Shown here: one piece after another, positions 1-12,977 of the stretch
How the letters are laid out: every line of letters begins with the position of its first letter
Numbering within the stretch: the stretch's first letter is position 1
From: Eledone cirrhosa
Taxonomy: Eukaryota
Assembly (NCBI GenBank): GCA_964016885.1
Contig: OZ024753.1
Coordinates: 31,682,001 to 31,746,000, forward strand
DNA length: 64,000 nt
Reading direction: 5' to 3'
Notes under the pieces: model-generated
Database searches by the model: none
Told to the model about the DNA's origin: nothing
Seen by the model: the letters and a program-made list of their open reading frames with translations, nothing else
Made by a program: the position numbers and the translations under genes

Positions 1-393
1 TATACATTTTTTGGGGACACCCTGAATATATAAAGCCAAACACACGCATATCGGTGAGGAACGTACATACATATATATAAATGTGTATGTGTGTGTGTGT
101 TCCTCGCCGATATGCGTGTGATTGGGTTCATAGTTTGGTTACCTTTAGACTCAAAAGAATGCAATGTCTCAGAAGGTGCTTTACTATAACAGAATACGCT
201 ATCTTAAATTTGATAATGTAAATATAATAATGTTACTGTGAAGTAGATAAACTCATTTGTGAAATTGATTTAGTTCAACCTTGCAATAATGATGTTTAGT
301 ACTTGTGTATATAATAGCAGCGTAATGTGACTATGTCAATGGCATTGAAAACAAGGAAGGAAATAGAGAAAAGGAACGTGTAAATGGTACTAA

Positions 394-396
<3 letters not shown>

Positions 397-446
<50 letters not shown>

Positions 447-1092
447 GTATGTATATGCATGTATATATATGCGTATGTATATATATGCGTAGGTATGCAT
501 GTATATATATATGCGTAGGTATGCATGTATATATATATGCATGTGTATATATGCGTAGGTATATGCATGCATATATATGCGTATGTATATGCATGTATAT
601 ATATATATATACGTATGTATATGCATGTATATTTATATGTATATGCATGTATATTTATATGTGTGTATGCATGTATATACGTAAGTGTATGCATGTATGT
701 ATATATATATATACGTATGTGTATGCATGTATATATATACGTAAGTGTATGCATGTATATATATATGTATATGTTAGTGTATGCATGTATATATATATAC
801 GTAAGTGTATGCATATATATATGCGTATGTATATGCATATATATGCGTAGGTATAAGCATGTATATATAAATATGCGTAGGTATATGCATGTATATATAT
901 GTATATAAGTGTATGCATGTATATATATATATATACGTATGTGTATGCATGTATATATACGAATGTGTATGCATGTATATATACGAATGTGTATGCATGT
1001 ATATATACGTATGTGTATGCATGTATATATACGTATGTGTATGCATGTATATATACGTATGTGTATGCATGTATATATACGTAAGTGTATGC

Positions 1093-1128
<36 letters not shown>

Positions 1129-1227
1129 GTATGTCTATGCATGTATATATATATATGTGTATGTCTATACATCTATATTTATATATGCGTATGTCTATGC
1201 ATGTACATATATATGCGTATATACGTG

Positions 1228-1282
<55 letters not shown>
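397..1282. repeat. (TA)n-derived minisatellite (~22-bp unit tacgtatgtgtatgcatgtata) between (TA)n tracts
   Basis: Directly visible. Confidence 0.9.
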
Positions 1283-1290
<8 letters not shown>

Positions 1291-1553
1291 ATACTCATGT
1301 GTGTGTAGGGGGTATTTATCAGTAAAACCATCACAGATTCCTCCAAATGAATTATGGATGTCATAAACAGATCAGAGAAGTTCAAATTGCATAGATGATA
1401 CGTTAGGTGTTGTAATATTTATGTGTTATGTAAGATTATCGATCACCTAAATGAAATAATCACATTTGTAATTGAAACTGAGACGTGAATTCCATTTCCT
1501 CAGAAATAACCACTGCAACGTTATTAGGTTTGGGAATCGCGAGTAGAAATATA

Positions 1554-2198
1554 GAGCATTTGTCATTTGATTGGTTCAACTTTATATTTCTACTCGCGAT
1601 TCCCAAATCTGTTGATTCCATATAGAGGACGAGCATTTGTCATTTGATTGGTTCAACTTTATATTTCTACTCTCGATTCCCAAATTTGTTGATTCCATAT
1701 AGAGGACGAGCATTTGTCATTTGATTGGTTCAACTTTATATTTCTACTCTCGATTCCCAAATTTGTTGATTCCATATAGAGGACGAGCATTTGTCATTTG
1801 ATTGGTTCAACTTTATATTTCTACTCGCGATTCCCAAATCTGTTGATTCCATATAGAGGACGAGCATTTGTCATTTGATTGGTTCAACTTTATATTTCTA
1901 CTCGCGATTCCCAAATCTGTTGATTCCATATAGAGGACGAGCATTTGTCATTTGATTGGTTCAACTTTATATTTCTACTCGCGATTCCCAAATCTGTTGA
2001 TTCCATATAGAGGACGAGCATTTGTCATTTGATTGGTTCAACTTTATATTTCTACTCGCAATTCCCAAATCTGTTGATTCCATATAGAGGACGAGCATTT
2101 GTCATTTGATTGGTTCAACTTTATATTTCTACTCGCGATTCCCAAATCTGTTGATTCCATATAGAGGACGAGCATTTGTCATTTGATTGGTTCAACTT
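1554..2198. repeat. 77-bp tandem repeat, 8 full copies plus a partial copy
   Basis: Units start at 1554, 1631, 1708 ... 2170 and are nearly identical. Confidence 0.95.
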
Positions 2199-2255
2199 GT
2201 CCTCTATATGGAATCAACAGATTCACTGTTTATTAAATTTGCTTATAATTCCTAT

Positions 2256-2291
<36 letters not shown>

Positions 2292-2446
2292 GTCCTGTAA
2301 CTCCTGATAGCCGTGGGGGCGCTGTATTGACATAAGGAGTTTCTTGGGTATTTTAAGCCTGACGGAGCCCATCCCTCTCCAGCCTGAGTACAGCAGATTT
2401 CTACTAGAGAGAGATGGAAAGTGAGAGAGAGGAAATGAGAAAGAGA

Positions 2447-2482
<36 letters not shown>

Positions 2483-3202
2483 ATATTTGGGGAGGGTCAT
2501 ATTTGCGTAATATTGCCAGAATTAATAACAGAACACACTCACTGTTTGGTTGGTTTTCGCTTCTCGCTGTCTTTTATATATATATATCTGCGATCTAACT
2601 TACTCGGTCCTCAATGTTGCCATTGACTGACCGGCGGTCAAAAATAATACAGATACAATATAGACAAACACATATATATATAGTTTACATAAATCTTTCG
2701 TTGCACATCTGCAACATCGTGAGTGGTGTTATATTCATTGTTCCTCCTGTTGTGTTGTATGTCTACGCCATTTTTTTTGTTCAGTCTGTCTATATATTTA
2801 TTTATTTATTTATTTGCTTGTTTGTTTATCTTATTTTATTTTGTCTTCTTTGCGCATGCGTTTGCGTGTGTGTATAGTGTTATGTGTGATGTGTGATTAG
2901 TGTGTATAGTGTTGTGTCTGCTGGGTGACTAGTGTGTGTTTATGTGCTTGTGTATGTATTTATTTATCTTATTTTATTTAATTTAATTTACTTATTTATT
3001 TATACTTCTCTTAGGTCAGTGTTGTTTGTTTGGGTGTTGTTGTTGTTCCACTCATTCTTTCTGTTTAGCTTTGTTCTTCTAATTTCTATTTCACTGGCCT
3101 CTCTGATTTGCCTATCTGCTGGGTCATTCCTATGTTTAGATATTATTCTAATTTCTATGTTGTCTATGTTACCGTCATGATGTTGTCTAGCATGTTCGTA
3201 TA

Positions 3203-3238
<36 letters not shown>

Positions 3239-3242
3239 TATA

Positions 3243-3280
<38 letters not shown>

Positions 3281-3545
3281 GGAAAAAATGAAACGAAATT
3301 TCATTTCTCACTCTTAGTACGGCTGTTACTTAAATATAAGGCTTAATTCGGGATGTTTGTTTACAAACACACCGAGCATTATAATAAATGTTCGGTAAAT
3401 CCATACGTACATATATATGTGTGCATATATGTATATATATATATACATACTACTATACGTCTGTATACATATATGTATGTATATATGTATATATATATAC
3501 ATACTACTATACGTCTGTATACATATATGTATGTACGTATACATA

Positions 3546-3600
<55 letters not shown>

Positions 3601-5382
3601 TTACTCTTTTACATGTTCCAGCCATCATGCTGAGGCCATACTGTTAAATATCCATTGCTTGTATAATGGTCTGGGGTATATGCTATTTAAAGGTAATGTG
3701 TAGGGCGTTAGTAAGTATTGACTTTAGTCATCACTACAGGGTGTGACAACTCAGCCTTGCACACGTTTGAGGCCCAGCTAACATCGACTGACAACATCTG
3801 GAATGGGTGTCCTTCATTTCGAAATTTTTCGAGTGATATCTGGTTCATGTTTAGAAAGGAGAGGAATATGGTGTGCTAGGGTTCCGACGTTACCTTTATT
3901 AATCAAAATTGCTATAGAAGTGATAAGTTCCCCGATGCTTCATAGAGAATGGAAAGGAGTGGTGTTAAGATATGGTATTTGTGTATGTGATAATTGGACG
4001 TAGGAGATGAGGAAAGTATTCCTTTCATATCATGAGGATGCACATTTCTTCATAAAGAACCCCATGACGAGTTTCTGGACTGCAATATATTTTTGAAACT
4101 GACTCCTACCTAATGACTGAACGCAGCCCTTGTTACCCCGCGCCAAGATGATGTGGTATGATGTTTTATTTAAATCTGACCAGAATGCAGTTTGTTGTGG
4201 TTTTATTCGAACCAGTCACCAAATTGATACTTTCTCAGGCCCGAAAAGACTAGACTTTTTTAAAGTCAGCCTTTACTCTCCTCATCCTAATTACATCGCT
4301 GGCTTTTGAGAGGTTTCTTGGGAGCTAAGAGTTCCCCATTGCTCCATCTCCTGTAAGAGCTTTCCACATTTGGGTCCGGGGTTACTTGTTCGTTCGTCAG
4401 GAGACCACTAATATCGCAACTTTTCATTATATTTGAGGGCCGTATCACTATCTGCCACTTGCACCCCATTCTCTGGCAGAATAGCTCTTCCAAGAAGGGT
4501 TTATGGCATTTATAATAATTCTATTCTATTCTTAGATATATATATATATACTGTTGCTAGACGACTTCATTTCAAAAGAGCTGAGTTGTTAGTATCTACG
4601 CTTCTCGTAGAAAATTCAAAATCTTGAAAAATTACAAAAATATTGCAAGTGAAATTTTTCACAGAACGAAAATCAATTAAATTATATTTATCCTCATACA
4701 TTTGTTTTACTATCCAGATATAGCCGTTTAAACTTCAAACAGTATATTTGACGATTATTTACCGTGAGTGATGGTCGGCTGGTATCTTTAGTTATACTGA
4801 TACTATCTAGACTTCATGTCGGCCTCTCAGATCAAATGAGATTATAATTATACCACGCAATTAGAACTCATTGCGTGTTTTCAACCTAAATATCTGGGGA
4901 CGGCTGTCTTATTATTATTTTTTATTTATTTTTCTTATTCTGGCTAAGAGGTTATTTACAATTCACCATCTTTTTTTTTTTTTTTACAAAATGCTATTAA
5001 TTTTGTATCTAATTATAAAATCAAAGAAATCCACAAAGATTTCTCCAGTAAAAATATGAAAAAGATTTTATGATGATTTTTGCCTATGAATTCAATCGGT
5101 GTTTTTCGGTTTTGTTCTCTTCTTCAAACGAATATTAAATTAAACCAATGAGATGAAAATTACAGATTTATGAAAATGCCTGTGAATATTCTAATTATAC
5201 ATCCTGCAAAGTAACCTCTCCCTCATTTAGACTAATGCTTTGCAAAATTAGACTTAATGAAAGTCTTAACTAAACAATAATATTTATTGCCAGTACATAA
5301 CCAATTCTTTTACGGAAGGAATAAGGAATATTCGGTTGCTTTACTTAACTTTAATAGAGCTATGTTTATTGAATATATTAAT

Positions 5383-5560
5383 TATCATCACCATTTAACG
5401 TCTATTTTCCATATGTGCATGGGTTAGACAGGCTGTCACGTTATGAGACTAGGCAGGTCAGGTGAGCAAGTCTTTCTCATTGCTAACCGATTGGGATTGG
5501 ATTTCTACGGCTTGAGGCCCTTCCTAGCAGTATCTACTACAATGTGTAATAGGATTTGTT
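5383..5560 (-). mobile_element. Old RTE-related 3' end or RTE-partner SINE remnant
   Basis: atcatcaccatttaacgtctattttccatatgtgcatgggttagacagg resembles the RTE 3' end at 17890-17940. Confidence 0.5.
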
Positions 5561-6839
5561 TTTTCATGGCATCTCCATCGCCACATTGCAGTGTTGACTG
5601 GATGTTTTTTTGTTTCGTTCATATGTACTCCCACCTTACAGGGTGAATTGTATGCTGTCTGTTGTGGCAACCATTCGACTATCTTATAAGGTTCAGTGTT
5701 TTTTGTTTTTCGTGAACCAGTAGGATTACCTTACATATGCAGATATATAGGGATAAGCAAATAGGTGGAGATGGAGAAGACAGATATCGCCGTTGAGAGA
5801 GGACGCATTGTAGAACATTTTGAAAATTTAACCACACCCTTCACCGTCACTATCGTCTTTTTTTCTTCTTTTTTCTTGGTTTAACATTTGTGTTCAAAGA
5901 ATTCTGTATGAAAGGTTTAGAACTTATCTGTAGCATTGAACGTTGATCCAGTCCACTAAGCTGGGAAAAAGTGAGTTGAAACTGTGATTCAAAGCGGTAG
6001 TCCTATCTTTGAATCTCCTTCAAACTTACATTTGTAATTCGCATGTCTGTAGAATACCCAGTCACTTCCATGTTAATTAATCGAACTAGATGTTCCATTG
6101 GCAGGACCGAAAAAGTATAGCACACACAAACACAAATACGCACACGCACACACACACGCACACGCGCACATATATGTGTCTATGTGTGTATATATGTATA
6201 GTGGTAAGAAGCTCTCGGGAGAGCTGGACAGTTGAAGGTCTTCGGAGAAGATATCCCACATGCTCTCAAGCAAGTGTTTCGATTTACACATATGAATGAA
6301 TGAATGTATGTGTGTGTGTGTGTGTGTGTGTGTGAGTGTGTGTACATATACATACATATACATACATATAAGTATGTGTGTGTGTGTGAGTGTGTATATA
6401 TATATATATATATATTGAAGGTGTCTATATAATTGTGTGTGTTGGTGTGTGTAGATTTATGGCGTATGCATTCCTGATGTTGCCAAAAAAGATTTAGTTG
6501 TCAGAAGTCCAGATCTCCAGAATGCGAACGCCAAGTTGAGTTATTGATATTGTGTGAGGGAGGTTGGCTGAGTGTGGGTAGTAAGACAGGAAACGTCATA
6601 GAGATATGATTGAAGTGTTGGCTTTCGTTCTATGTGAAACAAAGTCATTGATGTCACCTCTAACATAAACTGTGTATCACATTAGCAAATGGAAGGGCTG
6701 AGATAAAGCAACCTTCGTATGATTTACTCATGGGATATGTATTGTATACAAACTATTCTGACAGATTTCTGAGGCTTCTATGTACACACACATACGTTAA
6801 ACACATATATATATATACTCACTCATAATTAGCGTATGC

Positions 6840-6952
<113 letters not shown>

Positions 6953-7166
6953 GAAAGTGTGGTATGATACCAGGTGGACCATAACGAGCCAGAGTAATCG
7001 ATACTTAGGGTATTATGTATATGATTCAATATACGACCCCAGTATTATATTATAGTATATTATATATATATATATTAAAATAACAGATTAAAGTTTAAGG
7101 AAAGGATCGCTGCTTTCACCCTTATGTATGTATGTATATATATATATATATAGAGAGAGAGAGATT

Positions 7167-7780
7167 TTGAGTTTATGTTGGTTGTATACCAACACCTCAG
7201 TATGCAGGCTGGAGCACTCGACGAAGTGCGCAGGTTGGTTTGGTTACTCCGGAGTAGTGTAAAATAAAGTTAAATAAAAGTCAAATGATTAAAATTTAGC
7301 TTCGTTTATTACTGCTATATATATTTCAGTGACAGCCATCTTTGGCTGTGACCTCTTCAGGCAGTTTGAATTAGTATGGTATAGACAAGTACATATGTTA
7401 TTTAGGTGTATGATATTGTCAATACTCTGATATGCCCAGTTCCTTGTTGGGTTGTTAATTCACTGGGGAACTGGAGTCATATGAATTCAAACAAACGAAT
7501 TTTCGTGTCACAGGTCCCCTTCTCCTCTCATTGGTCAGTTATTAGAACATTCCTCATTCTAAGTGTTGTTATCCAGTTCCCCAGTGAATTAACAACCCAA
7601 CAAGGAACTGGGCATATCAGAGTATTGACAATATCATACACCTAAATAACATATGTACTTGTCTATACCATACTAATTCAAACTGCCTGAAGAGGTCACA
7701 GCCAAAGATGGCTGTCACTGAAATATATATAGCAGTAATAAACGAAACTAAATTTTAATCATTTGACTTTTATTTAACTT

Positions 7781-7787
<7 letters not shown>
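7167..7787 (-). mobile_element. Fold-back PLE-like element, family G
   Basis: About 215-bp near-perfect inverted arms (7261-7475 / 7572-7787), ~95-bp spacer, ~95-bp unpaired tail 7167-7260, flanked by microsatellite. Homologous to 46881-47279. Confidence 0.8.
7682..7736 (+). ncRNA. Minimal type I hammerhead ribozyme (mirror copy 7311-7365, -)
   Basis: actgc-CTGAAGA-ggtcacagccaaagatggctgtcact-GAAA-tatata-TA-gcagt. Stems I and II pair and stem III is palindromic. AATAAA follows. Confidence 0.85.
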
Positions 7788-7834
<47 letters not shown>

Positions 7835-8620
7835 GTTTGAAGGTTCACCACTGGATAGAGCTGGTCAATTCCGTTTGGTCAATCGTAATGTAATAATATG
7901 GAGAGAACTCAACGTAAAGCAGTTCAATATCACCGGATTCATACGGAACCCGGTCATTGAAATGATCATAGTATAATAAACCTTTCAAGGATTTACACAA
8001 GTCCAGCCTCCTGTTATTTTATTATATTATATATATATATATATATCACTAGTTGTATCATTATCCGTCCTTGTACCTAGCTTACCATTAAATATATCTC
8101 CAGAATGAATCTATAACAGTATTTCGGTTCATCTTTCAATGATGCCATTTAAATATATTAGTTTTCTGCGGATTTATAATCATTATTTCTTCCCCTTTTT
8201 ATCTATTTATATTTCACGTATTTATCGAGTTATGTAACTTGCAGACTTTCTGCCCGTATTTCTATTTCAACTGTCGTCTAGCCGTCTATCTAGATAGACA
8301 TCTCAATAAATTTCAAAAGCTGCGACATTGCTAAGTAATTATTATATTGATGGCATTAGTTTAATTTCAGAGACGTTTTGAGAAATATCAGATATTAGAC
8401 GGAAGATGAAAGTTACTTTAAACCTACGAGATGTTATAAATAGGACCAATACGATGATATTTCTCCTCCTATTATTTCATTATTGAATACATCTGATCAG
8501 ACTAAGAGGGACCGAGATTACATGAGCACACACCGTTTCTTTTGATCAAATCAATTAAAAGAAACTAAAAACTAATTTTCATATTGATACATTATATATC
8601 TTACTACATAATATTATTTT

Positions 8621-8812
8621 AGGGCGGTGGATTGGCAGTATCAGTAGAGAGTCGGACGCCATACTTTGCAGCAAAGAGTTACGGCCCTTTATGGTCTGAT
8701 TTCAAATCCCGCCAAGGTTAACTTTACCTTTCATCCTTACGGGGTCGATAAAATAAAGTACCAGTAATACACTGGATAATTGCTGGCCTTGTGCCAAAAG
8801 TAGAAACAATTA
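8621..8812 (+). mobile_element. tRNA-derived SINE, family 1 (Meta/MESC-like core)
   Basis: A-box-like ggattggcagt, B-box-like (g)ttcaaatccc, core cctttcatccttacggggtcgataaaataaagtaccag. More than 15 copies in the window. Confidence 0.85.
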
Positions 8813-10830
8813 TTTTAAGTATATATAAGGATGAAAGGCAAAGTTAACCTCGAAGGGATTTGAACTGTACGGTCATATTTACTGAGATCCAGAAAGTAGA
8901 ATTAGACCGAGTGTGTGTTATTCCATTGTATTTCATCAGTCGTTCGAGGTTGCTTCACAATGAGAAGAAATATGTTTACATATTTCACATCGATTCCTCT
9001 GTCTCCAGGCTTTTTTTTTTCATTTTCTCTTATCATTGCCTCACTCATCAACACCATCCATTATTCAGTTGCACATTTCTTCACTAATATATTTCTATAT
9101 AACATATCGATTTATTGGTCTTCGATACTCTACTTTCATTTTGAATAGTTTATTAACTATATCGACGATCAATGAACTATTTACAAATCTATGCCATACC
9201 ACGTTTGTATGACGACATGTATTATTCTCGTTATTAACCTAACTACAAATTGCCTGCCATTTAATATACTTCTTACTTCTTGCTGAGAAAATAATTAAAC
9301 AAATATATATTCCTCTGTTCTTTACGTTTCCTACCTTTCATTATCATCTGCCAATGGAATGTTTTACACCAACAATAACCGTATATTTCCCTAACATTTT
9401 GACATCAGGAAGAAATTAGATTTATGTTTCCTATCACTATCATTTATTCATGACAAGTGTTTGGTCTCTTTTTCCGAGACAGCAATTTCAGTCAATTTCG
9501 TGTACTTTTGCCGTTGCTTGACATCTTACTGCTAGAGAAAGCTACTTGAAACTCATTTTCAGGCCTGCTTCTAATTGCAATTCTATTTCCACATATTGGA
9601 GGCCATCATTATTCACTTGCAAATGATAATGGGAAGAAGCCATAAACAAATGCATTGTGAATTCAGCCAGGCTTTCGTTTGGAGTGGAGTCGAAGAATTT
9701 CAGAGCGTCTAATATGCAAGATGAATTGCATATCTCTAGTTTTATTTCTCTGCAAAATGATTATATATAACTGTTTTACTTTTTTTTTTCATTTCTGCCC
9801 CTGAAGTTCAGTTGCTAATAGATTTTTGCTGAAATTAGGATAAAAAGAACGACGCTGAATTGGCTGGCAGCAGAGAATTGTCAGAGTTGTTAAAATGTAC
9901 GACAAAACATCTCGTGGGGTCTGTTTCGGCTCTCTGCGTTCTGAGTTCAAATCTTGCAATGGCATAGTCTACTTATATTTTATACTTTCTTAATCGATAA
10001 AATAAAACTCTTGTCCACGACTATGAATTGGCCGAATAGTTAGAGCATAGGGTGAGATGGTTTATAGGGTGTTTTCATTTTTGCTCTTGGTGTTCTAATT
10101 TCTGGTTTACTTCGATGGTAGACTTAATCCGCGGCCAGGTTTAATAACATCGTTTGTCCCTTGGTTGCTTTATTCGGAGTATATTCTGTTGCAAGCTTTC
10201 AGGTCATTTCGCTAGTAATGAAAGCGGTTAGTATATCTAACTAGGAAAAGTTTATGCCATTATAGTATGAAGTTACTGTTGTTGTTTCGTCGCAGATGAA
10301 ACCTAGTTATGCAATTCTATAATCAAAGGATTTCCAGATATAAACATCTCACCTTTTTAGGCATAGTGTACCTAGAATTATATTGTTCAACGCCACCTTA
10401 TTTTGGCTTTTTTTCTAAGATTGTAAGCTGTAATATTTAATAAATATTTTGTCTGCTATTTTTAGTAAATCTAGCAAACAAGTAAACGATCCCTCAGAAC
10501 ACCTGCCAATCAGCCGGATATGACGTAATGGGAAACGAATGAGTTCCGTTAGAGCAGTTTTCCTTCGATATGCGTCAATAAAATATTCAGTAACATTTCC
10601 TTAAGAAAATTGTGATTGAAGACAACCATTGCTATTTCTATAAACATTAAGATTTCTCACTGTTCAAAAAGCACGCTTGCTTCCTTATTTGTTTGGGTGA
10701 TACAGTGAATACTTAAAATGTTATGAAAACTGAATCTTGTATAAATGCCATATAGCATCATAATAAAATGATTAACTGTAATATATTAATGTTATTAATG
10801 CTGCTTTCTTTGTTATTATTAATATTTCAG

Positions 10831-10908
10831 GGATCAATTGTGGCTTTGAAAAGAATCAACAAAACCAATATCACAATTAATAGACAATTGAAACTTGACA
10901 TAAAGAGG
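10831..10908 (+). CDS. Internal exon (phase 0-0) of a receptor-type guanylyl cyclase (natriuretic peptide receptor-like), kinase-homology domain
   Basis: Pyrimidine-rich acceptor ...aatatttcag| and donor |gtaagt. 78 nt = GSIVALKRINKTNITINRQLKLDIKR, resembling the NPR-type exon [26 protein letters not shown] (recalled from memory). No neighbouring exon found. Confidence 0.85.
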
Positions 10909-11015
10909 GTAAGTGTTTCAGTTATTTTTAATCAATAGATAAATACAAATTAATACACAAGCTCTCCCTCATTCTTCATGGAGAGATGATGTAAAATAAT
11001 GATGATCATGATAGC

Positions 11016-11076
<61 letters not shown>

Positions 11077-11281
11077 GGTGGTCCAATAGTTACACAGGGG
11101 TTTTAGCTTTTGTTAACTTCCTGAATTGTACGGATTGATGTATGGAATTTTGATACAACTTAAAGGATATAATGGAAATTATTTTGCACTCGTCGAACCT
11201 TGTTACACCTCTACATTACTTATGACAAATTACATCTTTCAAATAGCGGCCATGCGACCCCCGTGTGACTTGGAGGCACTC

Positions 11282-11314
<33 letters not shown>

Positions 11315-11798
11315 GCACACATACATATGAGTGTGTATGTGTATTATATGTTTGTATGCATTTGTATGTATATCCAGTCGTGAGATCAACTACTACGTTT
11401 TCACTGAATATGCGAGTGAAGTGATTCAGTATTCCACAGGCAGATCTAGCTTTGATGTTCTTCCACAAGTCTGGTCAGCTATCGAGTCCAGAGTCGGGCC
11501 CGATCTGTACCGATCGTACCTTGAGTCGGTGGATTGCGAAACGCGTCCCGCGTGTGAGTAAATATATTGATGTTATATTGATACTTTGTTCCTGTTCCTT
11601 ATTACTAACACCCTGATTCTTATTGATACCGATAACAGATCCATATATCAGCATTGACTACTCAGACTGGTAAACCAACAGTAACGTAACATTACTCATA
11701 ATACATTAATATATATATATATATATATATAGATAGATAGATAGATATAGATATAATAGGTAAATATACACGGGTGTGTATGATTGTGTATAGAAGAT

Positions 11799-12181
11799 TA
11801 TATTAATAAGAGGAATTCCAACTTTGTCTGATTTACTCGTTTTATTTACAATCCTTTAAAATATATAATGGTATTATAATGAAATAGTATGATAGAATAT
11901 TAAATTCTAAGTGTTAATTGAACAAGTACTTTCATGCTTTCGCAATCTTCAGGTTCATAATATGTGGTGACAGTCGAGTTTGCAATTTTCCACAGTTGAA
12001 AATTGCAAACTCGACTGTCACCACATATTATGAACCTGAAGATTGCGAAAGCATGAAAGTACTTGTTCAATTAACACTTAGAATTTAATATTCTATCATA
12101 CTATTTCATTATAATACCATTATATATTTTAAAGGATTGTAAATAAAACGAGTAAATCAGACAAAGTTGGAATTCCTCTTA

Positions 12182-12189
<8 letters not shown>
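11799..12189. mobile_element. Fold-back element with ~190-bp arms and a 7-nt loop
   Basis: Essentially perfect palindrome centred on cacagtt (11991-11997), abutting (TA)n. Confidence 0.85.
12031..12069 (+). ncRNA. Very short hammerhead ribozyme (mirror copy 11919-11957, -)
   Basis: tgaac-CTGAAGA-ttgcgaaagcat-GAAA-gtac-TT-gttca. Stem II is tgc/gca closed by a GAAA tetraloop; stem III is the palindrome gtac. Confidence 0.75.
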
Positions 12190-12228
<39 letters not shown>

Positions 12229-12231
<3 letters not shown>

Positions 12232-12642
12232 AAAGTTCTATTTAAATTGTTGGGATACAACAAGCAAATATTTTTATAACTGATATAAAGCACTCGACAA
12301 GTATTTGGAGTAAATATACGATATTAACAAATGGAAACTATATTTATAAAACCATATCTATTTTATTATACATATTTCAAGGATACCATGTTAAATTATG
12401 GTATGCTTTCATCAGACAAAATACAATATATACCAGTTTTATAAATAAATATTGATCCCTGTTGTCTTCCAAAAGTAACGGTTGCATTTTGAAAGGGTAT
12501 GTCAATATTTATTTATAAAACTGGTATATATTGTATTTTGTCTGATGAAGGCATACCATTATTTAACATGGTATCCTTGAAATATGTATAATAAAATAGA
12601 TATGGTTTTATAAATATAGTTTCCATTTGTTAATATCGTATA
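12229..12642 (-). mobile_element. Fold-back PLE-like element, family H, copy 1
   Basis: Arms 12315-12455 / 12502-12642, unpaired tail 12229-12314, (TA)n on both sides. Homologous to 18453-18832. Confidence 0.8.
12534..12598 (+). ncRNA. Minimal hammerhead ribozyme (mirror copy in the left arm)
   Basis: tattttgt-CTGATGA-aggcataccattatttaacatggtatcctt-GAAA-tatgta-TA-ataaaata. Confidence 0.8.
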
Positions 12643-12660
12643 TATATATATATATATATA

Positions 12661-12827
12661 AAACGAAGGAAGTGTGGTAAGGAACCAGGTGGACCATAAC
12701 GTACCAGAGTACTCGATACTTTGGGTAGTAGAGTGGGTAATAGGAAAAGGTTCAATCCATTTCGACGTAGAAGAAATAGCCGTCGAAACAGCTTGAGCTC
12801 TACCGTCGGGGTCCTGAACCTTTTCCT
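12661..12827 (-). mobile_element. Family F element, diverged (other fragments at 6951-7015, 13590-13660, 16875-16925, 45794-45853)
   Basis: Shares ggtaaggaaccaggtggaccataacg and gccgtcgaaac..cttgagctc..ccgtcggggtc. Short inverted ends taggaaaaggttca/tgaaccttttccta. Confidence 0.7.
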
Positions 12828-12938
12828 ATATATATATATATAATGATGTATTCATAAACGTATATGTGCATATATATAATTATATATAAACACACGCATA
12901 TATATATATATATAATCATATATAATGTGTGTGTGTGT

Positions 12939-12977
<39 letters not shown>

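Noticed and set aside
296-1288. Long YI/CV/HT/LS/RE-repeat ORFs here and throughout (e.g. 19092-20367, 47175-47808, 55563-56156, 56393-57796)
   Set aside because: They are translations of stop-free microsatellites with no coding signature.
1554-2198. CRISPR-like regular array
   Set aside because: The units are wholly repeated with no unique spacers, there are no cas genes and the context is eukaryotic.
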